Assembly (NCBI GenBank): GCA_002633005.1
Contig: NMRA01000697.1
Coordinates: forward strand, 124,038 to 188,037
DNA: 64,000 nucleotides
Direction: 5' to 3'
Origin: Phoronis australis
Lineage: Eukaryota > Animalia > Phoronida
A program made the position numbers and the translations under genes. The notes under the pieces were generated by a model. It made no database searches, was not told where the DNA came from, and was given only the letters and a program-made list of their open reading frames with translations. Below, piece after piece: positions 26,977 through 40,402 of this stretch. The stretch's first letter is position 1, and each line of letters starts with the position of its first letter.

Positions 26977-27213
26977 AAGGCCGTGAATGTAAATGCCTAG
27001 CGTCCGGCGAGGATTACAATGGAACCACGTCAGTCACATTGTGGGGAAGGACATGTCAGAGATGGGATGAACAGACTCCTCATTCACATACCAAGGGTAA
27101 TGCGGACACAATTGAAAACTACTGCAGGAACCCAGGCGGGGATACGTCACTCTGGTGTTTTACAACTCACCCTTCAGTGAGATGGGACTATTGTCCAGTA
27201 CCATTTTGTTCTG
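26977..27213 (+). CDS. Gene 2 kringle exon (subtype A), phase 1-1
   Basis: ctacag|AAGGCCGT ... TCTG|gtgagt; 237 nt. Encodes [52 protein letters not shown]. Confidence 0.93.
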
Positions 27214-28389
27214 GTGAGTGGATAATGCGTAATTGATAATGAATCTTTGTTTGCCCAGAAAACGGCACCATAATCTTACACCAGACATGGCGCTCTCTTA
27301 ACTCATCTTCAGGAGATCGCTGTATTAAGGTTATCTCCATCCTTATTTAGTGGCTTCCATTCTAGCTCGTTTATCAAAAAACTAAGTTGTGACAATAAGT
27401 AAAAGCATATATTTTCTGAAAGAAAAAGGATCAGGAAGTATAAAAAATGTGTTGTTTTGATGTACCATTATGATTTTTACGTTAAGACCTTTTTAATTCA
27501 TTTTTTTAAGAAATGTACATTCATCGCAAAATAACCCCTCAGTCGATTTCAAAGACATTTCTTAAAGAAAACTTCACCAGTATCCTCAAAAACTGTAAGG
27601 ATTTTCGATTAATCTTGCGTAAAGGTCCGACAGCCCGCCTTTGACTACCAGTACATTCTGGTCCCCTGTAGTATGGCCTGGGAGGTTGAAATGTTCCCCA
27701 GTTGGCAATAGGTTACAATTTGAAAGAGCACAAAATGCTTCTTAATAGAGTCTATGATAGCTTGCTACAGGGCGGGGGTGCTACTGCATGATAGTGACCG
27801 GGAGGTAGAATTTCCCCCTCACTCGGCGAAAAAAATATACTATCAGAAGGCACAGGCACCTTTCCCTCGGATGAACGAGTTTTTTAATTTATGAATTAGT
27901 GTATAATAATTGCATAAATATTTCTTTGTATTTATTTCACCCAGGTACAATGCCTCTTGGCGCTTTCTGGGTATGTATATTTATTGTATTGAATATTTCA
28001 CAATAAACATTAAAAAACGAGTTCCTTGAAGGAATATGAGTATGCTTTCTCTGCCCAGTTAATTGAAATTAAGCTCTAAAACGAGATGGGTTATTTGTTC
28101 AGGTTATGCTTTGTCCAGATTGATATTTGAAATCTGACACAGTAAATCCGTAACACGATCTCCGCAACTTGGTCCTATTTACTTTTCATGTTTTGAACGT
28201 AGTTTTACGAAAAAATGATACCCTTTCGTCAGACAGCTCTTTGGTGCAATGGCTTGTTGTCCAATGTATTTTTCTACATTCCTATGATTAATAATTGACA
28301 AATTTTTAAAATTTAATACCCAGGTTGGATTCGAAAGATCAGCCATTTAACTCTGTCTCTTACGTTCAGATAACACTAAAACCAGTGAC

Positions 28390-30432
28390 CTACCCGAAAT
28401 TTTCAAGTTTATTCAACACGTACTTTACGCAAATCGGCCCATCCTTTTCTGAATCAATAACTATGATAAAACAAGAATTTAAAGACTATCTTCTCACGCC
28501 AAACAAATTTAAGTTCTCTTTCAACTAATTAACAATAAACATGTGCTAGATGTTATGAGAGACATGGACGCAAAAGTACTACTGGTCATGACAATTTATC
28601 ATCCAAAATTATCAAAATAAGCAGTCCTTTTATAATTGAAGCTCTCACGACCATCATCAACCAGTGCTTGCTTACTGGTATATTTCCAGATGCTCTAAAG
28701 ATTGCTAAGGTAATCCCAGTTTTTAAACAACATAGTGTAGACCCAGAGCACCCAGGCAATTACAGACCCATTTCTATTCGTCCAACAATCTCAAAAATTA
28801 TAGAAAAAATTATCCATACTCAACTTTCAACTTTCCTAAATGAAAATGATATTCTTAATAAACATCAATATGGTTTCAGGAAATGTCACTCTACAGAACT
28901 TGCTTCGCTTGAACTTTTAGACCGCATTTGCTCCCATCTTGATAGTGACATGAATCCCCTGGTCATCTTTCTGGATCTCTTTAAAGCTTTCGACAGAATA
29001 GACCACGAAATACTTTTGCAAAAGGTAAATCACTATGGTATTAGTGGAGTTGAATATACACTGTTTAAAAGTTATCTCTGAAACAGCACCCAATGTGTTT
29101 CACTAAGTGATACAACTTCCAGTTGGTTACCAATATCTACCGAGTTCCCCAAGGCTCTGTCCTTGGCCCACTTCTCTTCCTAGTTTACATAAATAATCTT
29201 TCGTTTTCTTCTCCCATGGACACACTTCTTTATGTTGACGACACTTGCCTCGTCACATCTTACAAACAGACTGAATCTTCCCAACACACTTTACAACAAA
29301 CAACCACCATCAACAACAACCTTAAATCTACTTCAGACTGGTTTTCCGTGAACAAACTTTCAATTAACACATCAAAAAATAAATTAATGATCTTCCACTA
29401 CCCCCAAAAGAAAATTGAAAAATGTATTATTCACGCCATTTATATAAATAGCAAAACAATATGTCCTGTGAACAGTTTTCCTTTCCTTGGTATTACCGTT
29501 GACAAAAACCTCTCATGGTCCCCCCACATTAATCTCATCTCGAACAAACTTAACAATCTCGGTGGACTCTTATATTGAAATCTTATCTTCCTCTTCCAGC
29601 TCTCAAGTTAATATATAATTCACTTGTCCTCCCACATTTAAACTATGGCATTGCAACTTGGGGGTTTTGGCAACACTAAGAATCTTCAGACACCCCAGAA
29701 AAGAATCCTTAGGAGTATATCAAATTCCAGCTATAATGCTCACTCTATGCCCATATGTAAGGAACTTCGCCTCCCTCTACTTCAAGACATCTTTAAAATC
29801 TCAACTGCAAAATTTTACTACAAGTTCCTCAATAATCAGCTTCCTAAGTATTTTTACACTAACAACTTCTGTAGTAAACCCATCTAATATAAACCAACCA
29901 GACACATTAAAACTCCTACATACCTGAATCAATATTCAGCTGCTATTCCGACAATACAACCCAAAATTTTAATTCCTCCGTCCAACAAATTATCATCAAG
30001 AGCCTGTATTAGATTTCAGATTCCTCGACTCATAAACAACAATGAAATACCAGTCTCTGCTCTAAACATAATAAAAACACATTATTTGCAAGCATTCTCC
30101 AGGTTCTTAACCAATTTTATTATAAGCAACTACGATCCAGTTTGTCATATTTCCAATTGCTTCATATGCAACAGTATCTAATTTTATTCTCAAAATTTCC
30201 TGAGCTGTGCCAGTCTACTTCTTGGTTCCTGGCGTGTCGGTCGTTTTCAGCACTAATTCAATTTGTTTTTTTAAGTATTCCTACTGATTTTCGCATGTCC
30301 ATTTGTTTATTTTGTACAGGGAACCTTCGTATTAGCGGTCAATAACCTTTAGAAGGCCTCCTAATTGAAATCAAATTTTAATCAATGTATTTTTATAATG
30401 TAATGTAAATAAAAGTGTGTTCTCTCTCTCTC
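28390..30432 (+). mobile_element. 5'-truncated CR1/L2-group LINE with disrupted RT
   Basis: FPDALKIAKVIPVFK..NYRPIS, QYGFRK, FLDLFKAFD, PQGSVLGPLLFLVYIN, YVDD, FLGITVDKNLSW; AATAAA plus (TC)n tail. Confidence 0.9.
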
Positions 30433-30559
30433 TCGCGCCCGCAATGTCAAGTTCTGCTTTTTGTTTATTGCAGTGAGCCTCACTCAATTAAATGTCCACT
30501 GCGTGAATTAGATGTATTGGCAGTTGATTTTACTATTGATACAACATTGAGGTGGTTTC

Positions 30560-30870
30560 CAATAAGATGACTTATTAGTACTAATATTTTTTACAGAAAA
30601 TTTATGAAACAACTTCACCTTTGTGCACTTTTTTTAATAGTGAATCTGAAGATCTTGTTCACTTGTATTGGTCTTGTGTAATGATTCAAACTTTTTAGGT
30701 GGCTGTAAACAAATGGATCGTATCGAAAGCTGGTGAATCTCTCGATGTGAATTTACATGTTTGCAAGGTATAATGCTATTAATTTGGTTATATTTTTGGT
30801 CAAGTATCATCTTTATCAAGCGAGACTAGTGTTCCGTGTTTGCAGCTACTCAAAAAGAAATCTTGAGATT
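30560..30870 (+). mobile_element. L1/Tx1 ORF2 C-terminal fragment
   Basis: CTFFNSESEDLVHLYWSC zinc-knuckle-like motif. Confidence 0.5.
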
Positions 30871-30875
30871 TTCTA

Positions 30876-30876
<1 letters not shown>

Positions 30877-30910
<34 letters not shown>

Positions 30911-33900
30911 TTTTTTATTATAGTGATATGTGTTCAAATTAATTTAAACAATGAATACGTTACAAATACAAGGAACACCCAGCCCTCCACGGGGCTTATA
31001 AGTCACTTTAGATACATGATACAAAAAAGAAAAGACAAGTGTACGCGCATTGCAAGAGGACCAGAAAGAGAAGGCCAAGATAAAAATGATCATAAATAAA
31101 TATAATTTTTCCTTACTTCAAAAATATTTTTGATGAAAACTGAAGTTTTTCTAATAACATCTTTTTGCATGATTGTAATTAATTTACTTTCACAGCTTTC
31201 TGCACGGAATCGTGGATATTTAATCTCAACTTGACAATAAAAGGTGTTTCTGGCATCTAAGAAAAACGGACACTCAAACAGAAAATGTAGTTCAGTTTCG
31301 ACCTGACCAGTGTGACAAAGACAGCAAATTCTGTCATCAAAATCTAGAGAACGAAAACGCCCAACCTCAACCAATATCTGTAGGGTTCCGGTTCTAATTT
31401 GAGCAAGAATTGACCTACTAGGCCGAGTTAAGTCTAAATGCACGTAAGGCTCAACTTTAAAGACATTCTTCATCAAAACATAGGTTCTTAAATTTGGTTT
31501 CGAACGGCTTTCAAACAACCACATATTACAGGCTAAATTATGCAAAATATTCTTACAGTGAGACAGATTAACTGAACGTAAGTCATGAAAACAATCCGAA
31601 ATCCCTAATTCTTCAAAAATGCTCAAGACTTCAGACGACCAATTAGTAAAAGTAGTGTAGTCCCACCAAAATATTCGGTATGTTAGTCTATCATCCTCGA
31701 CATTAATAATACGATTCCACATTCTCAAAAGCTCAATTTTCCGCCTAACACTGGGGAATTCCCACCCCATGTCACCCATAACAGCATGATTAGAAGCGAA
31801 TTTGTGAACGCCCAAGAAAAATCGCGCGGCTCTATTCTGAATGACATCATAATCCTGTAGACTACAGCCGCCCCAGACACCTACGCAATAATCTCTAACA
31901 GGCACAACATAAGCATTGAATAATGTAGTGAACGTTCTGTACCTCATATTTTTATTCTTTTTAAATTTATTAATTAAAGCGCCCAAAGCTCTTCCGGCAG
32001 ATTCGGAAAGAGTTTTAGCAGTTTCAGAAAACTTCAAATGTTCATTTAAAATTATTCCTAAATATTTATATTTGGGTACATATTCTAGGTCTAGTCGACC
32101 CAACCAAAATGGATATAAACTACGCGAGACATGCTTGGATCTGAAGTGAATAACATTAGTTTTTTTCCTGATTGACAATCAGCCTCCATTTAGAGAACCA
32201 TTTATCAACTATATTCAATAAACCCTGTAAATTTTCTTCGCTCTCGGCAAGTACCACTATATCATCAGCATAAAACAAAGATGAAACATTATCAGCACCG
32301 ATAGGAATTCCTAAATTTGACTGTTTTAATTCCTTTGCCAAATCATTTATGAATAGTGCAAAAAGAGTAGGTGATAAAACATCTCCCTGTTTGACCCCAC
32401 AAGATGTATAAAACCAGTCCGTAAAGGTATTATTAATCTTAACACAGGATTGAGTTTTGGCATAAATATTTTTAACTGATTCATAAAATTTTCCAACTAC
32501 CATAAGATCCAACATTTTAAAATGTCAACTATTTCTATCTACCCAGTCAAAAGCTTTTTGCATGTCAATAAAAGTAGCAAATGTGGATTCATCTGTTTGT
32601 TATTCAAGCGATTACGTATAATCGAGGTCAAAACAAAGACGTAATCAACACATGCTCTGTCACGACGAAAGCCATTTTGCTCATCAACAAGGAGCCTGTT
32701 TTGTTCCGCGTACTCAACCAGTCTATTGTTCAATACACTACTATACAACTTGTATACCTTAGACAACAAGCTGATACCTCTATAACTCAGCGGGACGCGC
32801 GGGCCCTTCTCTGACCCCTTTGGGATAGGCATAATAACGGATTTAGCCCATAAACTAGGAACCATTGCGTAACGAAAAACCATTTGGAACAAATAAGTCA
32901 AAAGGTCAATAGCGTTATCATTTTTACATACTTCATAACAAAATGATCAATTCCTACTGCTTTATTGTATTTAGATTTCATCCCTACCCGCTTTACGTCA
33001 TCGCGAGTAATATTTTTATTCAAAATACTATTTTCATCAAAGTCAAGATTATTCAACGACTCAAGATGAGCTTTTTGAGTAGCATATCAGCATGAAATCC
33101 CCAGTCAAACAGTTGGACCATTGTATAACGATTCATACTCGTTCTTCCATTTATTAAAAACATATTGGTTATTGGTATTAGGGTTTGCAGTGTCATCGTA
33201 TACCTCCATGGGTATCGTCTTTTTAAAAGAGGGGGCCAGGTTCTTAATGTACTTCCAAGATTCTACGAGGTCAGCTTGATCTCTCAAAAATTTTCTTTCG
33301 ATCCTCCTGTGGACTTTATCAAATAGAACCTGGGAATTTTGAAATTGGCGCCTCAGTAAAGAGCGTTCTTCTCGAGAGCCGCTGCATTTCAATTTTTTTC
33401 CTTTAAACTTACATCTTTCCAAAGCTCGGACAATTCAGCACACCAATAGGGTTTCCTTGATTTAAATCTCCTTTCCACCTTCTTTGAGTTAGAACAAAAT
33501 AATTTTCTGTCCATCTCATCAAATACACACTTACAAAACCTACTGTACATACAGTCAATGTTTTCTTGGGTTGCTCTGCAGACCAAAATAGAATGAATTA
33601 ATTCTGGCTTAGCAGTATTAAAAATTTCAAAATTCATAAAGTCTACGGGAATTGACCGAACTTTATATCTCTTTGGGAAATCGACGGGTGTATAAATTTC
33701 AAATTTCAGACAATTAGATAAATTTTCATGATGCGTAAGTATGTAATCAACAACAGAAGAACCCCTTCCAGATACGAATGTAAAGTTATCTTGATCGGGA
33801 CAAAAACGCCCATTGAGAACACAAAACCTTGAGTCAATACAAAATTCAATGAAGGAATCCCCATGCCTATTTTAGAACCATCTAAAGACTGTCTGTTGGG

Positions 33901-35262
33901 GATTACATCGACATCCTGTACATAATCTTTCAAGTCTCTTATACGGGCATTAAAGTCTCCACATAAATATACAGAATCAACATCATCGAGGGATTACAAC
34001 TGACATAACAAATGAGCATATAAAGTGCAGGGATCACATCCCCAAGGGGAATTTTCTGGAGGTAAATAACAGACAACTATAACAAACTTATAATCAGAAA
34101 TCACATTACTAAATTGCAGTCTAATTATGCCATAATGAGATTTATCAACAACCTTGACAGTATATTTCTGTAACAAAGTTGACTTAACTAATACTCCAAT
34201 GCCCCAGATGGTCTAATAGCACGCCTATGTATATTATTTCTGTTATGGCCGTACCAAACAAACCCATCTACAAAAATACCAGCAGTTTTAGCCAAGTGGG
34301 TTTCAATGATACAGAAAATGTCTGCTTCGGACCCACGAATTACTTTCTCTCTCAGACTTTTGTTGTTGGATGTCCAACCATTTACATTCCAGGAACAGAC
34401 TCTGAGCTTCCCTGTAATTCTGGCCGACTCTCTTTCCTATGCATTCCTTTCATTATTCAGGATATTTTCTGCTGTTTTTCTCACCAACCGAACACTGCCA
34501 GTGAATCTATAATCATTCCCGTCCGGAATTATTTTTAGTAGCTGTTTGCAGTTTAATTCAAGCAACCTCTCAGTGTGGGATTTTGAAGCACGGATATATA
34601 CCCTGCTATACAAAACAGAGTCTTGGAGCTTTCTTTTTTGCGAAGAATCGCAATTTTCTCTTCTTGTGTGTTCAGTTCTCTTTAATCAGACCTGGCTTAC
34701 CAGTGACTCGACTCGGCAATCGTTTAGCCCTTATTATGTTCACAGGACGACCAATCTCGGCTACAATGTCTTTGACCAAATCATCAACGCTTTCGTTATC
34801 ATTGTAAGGCACGTTAAATATCACGACAGTCTTGCCTTCACCATATTCAACAGTGTGTTTACCGTTACACTCAAGAACCTCAATCCTACCTCTCAGCTGG
34901 TTGATCTCCATTGTTGGATCATCTTTGACAGCACTGAGGTGACCCAGCAGGAGAACTTTCGAGTCTTCAATAGCTTGACCCAACTTGCGGTTGTTTTCAT
35001 CGACTTTGCTCGTGAATTTTGTAATGGCCGCCATAACTTTGTCCAAAGACACCTCGTCATCTGACACCGAGACTGGAGATTTCTTCTGTAACATTTCGCA
35101 CGTGTTACAGCACAGTGAGAATCACACGAGAATAAACAACAGAGTTGAATCAAAAACTGTCTTATAAAGCACTTGTGCAATGAGATAGAGATGACAATAA
35201 CACAGAATATCGATGGTCGACCTCTCAGCTTTGCGCATGCGCACTCCACCACTATAATAACT
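30877..35262 (-). mobile_element. Near full-length RTEX-like LINE (ORF1 plus EN-RT-Zn finger ORF2, frameshifted)
   Basis: ORF1-like 34672-35094; EN motifs CYLPPE and GDFNARI; RT YRGISLLS, QNGFR, GVKQGDVLSPTLFALFIND, FYADD; C-terminal CCLC..ETELHFLFEC; (TTAC)n tail at 30877-30910. Confidence 0.9.
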
Positions 35263-35649
35263 GTCAATATGACTTATTCGTTGGAAGATGACCCCTATGA
35301 TTTTTCTATTTGTTTAATTTTGGTCTTTGACAATATTCCCATCCCGGAGTGTGCTTGTGATGAATGTATGTCTGCGTGTATGTCCTTTCCTACTTTTTGT
35401 ACTGTGAAATGTCTTGTTCAAATAAACATATGTTTAAAAAACTTCAGATACAACGTTTCGCACTTTTAACAAAATGCAGCATCAATTATCCATCAACATG
35501 CTTACGATCGTCATAGCTGGACCAGTCCCAACTCAACGCTAACTTTTTGCACTTCTGTTCATAAAGCTCGGTGACCAAACAATGGACTAGATGTCTAAGA
35601 ATTCGTTACTGTCATTAATAGCAATGCTGAAAATAATTAAAAAGCAAAG

Positions 35650-38600
35650 TGTTATGTTTTTGTAATAGAAAGTAGCAGAAACGTATAAAAGAAATTTGAA
35701 ATGTATTGACAGGAATTAAAAATGACGTCATAAAATGATGACGTCATAGAAAACTATAACATAACAACACCTCCCCGCCTTATTGAGCGAAAGCTTTTCT
35801 TTTTTAAGTCTCTCTGACCTTCTCAAGTTGTGTGGCCCATATTCTTTTCCCGTTGGAGGTCGTGGGCTTGGGCGCTTCTTCTTTTCCGATTTTCTCGTTT
35901 GCATCTCTGTTGCCGTAGTTGAATTCACTTCATTCCTTGCTTGTCTGTCATCTGTATCGGATTCTCCAATTGACAAAATGTGGTATCTCCAGCATCTGTA
36001 TCTTCTTCAGAACAATACTTCGGTCTCAACAGATCGATAAAACGATGCCAGATTGGACCACTTGGCATGACTTTCACTTTGACAGAACGTGGACCCATAA
36101 CTCGGTTCACAACAGCAGGTATCAAGTGAGGGTTCCTACTTTGACGAGGCCCATAGCACAAGGCATAACAAGGCATTCCAATGGTATACATATCAATCTT
36201 TGCCACTGTTTGATAGAACTCAGCAATTTATGGTTTCGCAGCCTTTCTTGACTGCTTCTCTTACGCTACATGAGCAGGTGAAGGACGTAAGCTGTCTAGC
36301 TTACAACGAATTTGTCTTCCATTTAAGAGTTCGCTTGGAGGATAACCAGAATCTATAGGTGTACGACGATATTGCAATAAAAACTCTTGTAACGCTGCTT
36401 TTGGCGACAAAGAAGATTTCCGCAGAGATTGCTTGGAAGTCTGTACCAAACGCTCTGCAGCTCCACTTGTAGCTGGATGGTAGGGGACACCTGTAAGGTG
36501 TACAATACCACGTTCTTGGCACCAAGCCTGGAATTCTTCAGAGTAAAATGTTGCTGCATTATCAGTTATTAACGTGTGAGGGTAACCAAAATGCGCAAAC
36601 TCTCTTTCAAGCAACTCCGTTGTTGTTTTTGTTGACAGTGATCATGTTGGCTGTATACACGGGCATGTACCATGACCAACCTGTTTGTTCCAAGGAAGTT
36701 TATGGCATGATCAAAATGAACACGGCTCCATGGCTTTTTGGGTAGCATCCATGGATGAATAGCTGCTTTCGGTGATTTGTTTTGATGTCCAGCACAAGCC
36801 GTGCAATGACGTACATGTACCAGTGAGTTCTTAAATATCCTCGTTAATATGTGGCCAATAAACCACTGTCCGTGTTAGTTGCTTCATTCTCTGCATTCCG
36901 AAATGGCCAATATGACGCAGATCCAACACCTGTTTTCGTACTTTCTTTGGAATAACTATCCATGTACCATGACATCTTCTGTGGTCAAGGTATCTTTCAA
37001 TTTTCTGAACTCTTTCAATTTTTCAGAACCCATAGAAACTGGCCAACTTTCTATGGCATATCTCATTGCTTTAGAAATGTCAGAATCCTTGCTAGATTCT
37101 TTATTAAGCAATTTAAAGTTAACAGGGTTAAATTGTAGACTTACTTGCTTAAAAGAACAGACCACATTCACGTCTGCTTGTTTTTCCTCCCTGTCGCATT
37201 TTGGATCCTTACCGCAGGGTAAGCGACTCAATACACCTGCATTAGAATGATCAGATGTTTTCCGATACGCCCATCTTGCTAGTCGATTAGCAGCCATAGC
37301 TGGAACTCCTTTAGTTGATCCGAAAATAGAAACTAAAGGTTTGTGATCAGTTATCAAAATGAAACGTCTTCCGAAAATAAATTGGTGAAATTTCTTTAGT
37401 GCGAAAACAATTGCCAGAGCCTCACGTTGAATTTGACTGTACCTCCTTTGAATGTCCGTGATAATCTTTGAAACATTGGCAATCGGACGTTCACTACAAT
37501 CAGGTTACCGCTGAAATAGAACGGCTCCAATCCCTACATTAGAAGCATCACATGAATTTCCCAACTGTTATCGAAATGAGCCAGAACTGCATCTATACAC
37601 AGTATTTCTTTTAAACGCTGAAAAACTGCATTCTCCTCAGCTCCCATTTCCATGGCGCATCTTTGCGCGCCAAATGCCTCAGAGGAGAAATCAAGGTAGA
37701 TAAGTTGGGAATGAACTTTCCGTAAAATTGAAGAGATCCAAGAAACGAACGTAGATGGGAAACATCTGATTGGGCTGGCATTTTCAAAATAGCATCAACT
37801 TTGTTACCTTTTTTAATGACATCACGTGAAAGCATGTGACCTAAGTATTCTACAGTTTGCTGACGAAATGAGCATTTTTCCAAGCGACACATCTCATTCC
37901 ATTGTCTTGCAAACGCTGGAGTAGGTTTCGTAGATTCTGAAGATGTTCTTCTGCGTTGCGACTGCTTACTAAAATATCATCCAAGTATATACAACCACAC
38001 CATTTAAATCCCTAGTTAATTTGTCCATGGTATCCTAGAAATAACCAGGGGCTGAACTAAACCCAAATGGCAATCTCTTTTGTAGAAGAACTCCACGATG
38101 TGTGGATAGTGCCAGACGTCTCTGACTTTCCGAGGTTAATTTAAACTGATTATACGCATCAGCCAAATCAATTTTCGTGAAAAAGCCGCCACTCAGCTTT
38201 CGCATTAGATCTTCAGGCAGGGGTAGCGGATGACGCTGAGTTTCAAGCTGAGGATTTATCGTTACTGAGTAATTTCCGCATATTATTAATTTCCCTTCAC
38301 TTTGGCCAGGAAGCGGTGCTTTTCTTATACAGGTACAACTGGTGGGTTCCCAAATTCGACGTTTAATACCAGCATCATATGCCAGATTCAAGTCATCCAG
38401 TAATGCAAAAGGTACTGTGGGAGGTTTGCAAAATATTGGTTGGACATCAGGCTTGAATTTTACATCTAACTCGAAACCTTTTAAACATCCCAGTTCAGGA
38501 TTGAATACAGTGTAGGTCGGAAATTCATCGCAGATGATTTTGCACGCGTGCTGAAACGCTACATCACTTTTTTGTCCTCGTGACAAACAACACCAACTTT

Positions 38601-40034
38601 GTCATTTTGGTTGTCATCACGCAAAATGGAATTCCTACAGAGAGCAGTGACATCAATTTTTAGCTGTCGAACTGCCGTTCGGCCAATAATATTCAAATCG
38701 TGTTTGTTTTCTACTAATTCAATGTTTGCTGTATGCTGCGAATCGGACTGTAATGTTGCGTCTGTACTGAAAATTCCCAAAACTGGTAATGGTTTTTCAT
38801 TTGCCGCGAAATACTGACTGTGTGATGAAGTTAAAACAGGTTTTCCAAGTTTAAAACAAACCTTCTCCGAAATGAAATTGTCCGGTGATCCAGTATCTAC
38901 GTCAAATGTCTGTTTTTTGCCGCATATGTGAACAACAATCTGAATTGGATCTCGATCCGAAATGTGATTAACTTTCTGTTCTGGCCTTGCAAAATACTGC
39001 TTACTTTATCCCTAGTCTTTCTTTTGCTTAGACATACAGCCTCTATATGACCATTTTTGTGACAGAACGGCATTCAGTCTCTTTAAAACGACAATCCATT
39101 GCCGCGTGGTCTTTTTTCCACAACGGGGACATGTTCCCTTTGGAAAATCCCTAAATTTTTGTGCTTTGCCCTGCCTGCTTTCTTCCCTCATTTTCTTTTG
39201 TAACTTAAGCACTGGATCTCCGTAAACCGTTTCTTTTGCAACTTTGGACGCCTCTTCAATTTCTGTTGCTATTTCTATGGCTTTCTTAAAAGATAATTCG
39301 TCACCTTTTATTTTGAAAAAAGTTTTTATGACAGCCTCATTATTAATTGAACAATTAAATCTAGTTCTCATAGCTTCATCCTGATGATCTTTTATTGTTG
39401 GAAAATCGCATTTAGCAGCGTCTTGTCGAATACGAGCTGCTAGCTCCTGTATTGTTTCACCTGGATGTCTTCTTGTGTTAGACCAAAATTTGAATCGCTC
39501 CCGGACTACAAAAAACTTCGAATCGAATTGATTCTCCATAAATGTTGTAATTTCATTGATTGTCAGTTGATTGATCTCCTTGGATGGTGTATGCTGCTCT
39601 GCCAAAGTTGCAAGCAACTTATAACTGTAGACGTCTGATTCGTAAAGAAATTTTGTGAAATTTTTTCTATAGGTATGGAGTGTGCCCCTGAAAATGTTTG
39701 GAATCTGGACCAATAATCCTTCCAGAGTTCCACTGAACTGTCGAACGCACCAAACGTTGGCGTAGATGTCGTTGGTTGGTGCATCACCCTACTAGTGATC
39801 ATCTCAGCAAAACTCTGATGATTCTCTTGTTGTTGGTTGATTTGTTGTTGTAATAACGAAATAATGCCATCCAACTCACCCATCTTTTTTAAATCTTGCC
39901 AACTACGCCAAAATATATTCTGTTTCTGTAATAGAAAGAAGCAGAAACATATAAAAGAAATGTAAAATATATTGACAGGAATTAAGAATGACGTCACAAA
40001 GGATGACGTCATGGAAAACTATAACATCACAACA
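35650..40034 (-). mobile_element. Gypsy/Ty3 LTR retrotransposon (Mag-like), complete but mutated
   Basis: LTRs of about 120 bp at 35650-35769 and 39916-40034; 5-bp TSD CAAAG (35645-35649, 40035-40039); PBS TGGCGTAGTTGGCAAGA (tRNA-Ser-like); PPT next to the 3' LTR; order gag, protease (VDTGS), RT (KIDLADAYNQ, RLPFG, YLDD), RNase H (TDHKPL), integrase (TDNA, PYHP..AERLV). Confidence 0.95.
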
Positions 40035-40402
40035 CAAAGCTTTCTCAAACCTATTTGAGGTGGTGACGAACTAAAATGATTGTTTTAAAAAATCTATTTC
40101 CACCTACCTTCAGCCTATCCATATTGACACTAAGATTTAGTCAGTCATTTTCCTGGTCTTACCGAGTGCCAGACTGAGAACCAAAAGATCCATTCCCATC
40201 TTCAAACCGCACCATGGTCCTTGAAAATGGTGCTAATCAATGAGGGTGCCAGACACCCGTGCATGTATCTCGGAAAACGCTGTAAGCCCGTGCAACACCT
40301 GAAGAAAGCTGAATGCAAAACCGAAACCTAGTTCCAATCTAGATAGGCTAGTATTTGATAAGATAAACAGGTTTAGAAATAATTATTTGACATGTTTTAC
40401 AG

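Noticed and set aside
27610-28015. Possible SINE
   Set aside because: It has a LINE-like 3' hairpin and A-tail, but no clear Pol III A/B boxes or TSD, so it was not called.
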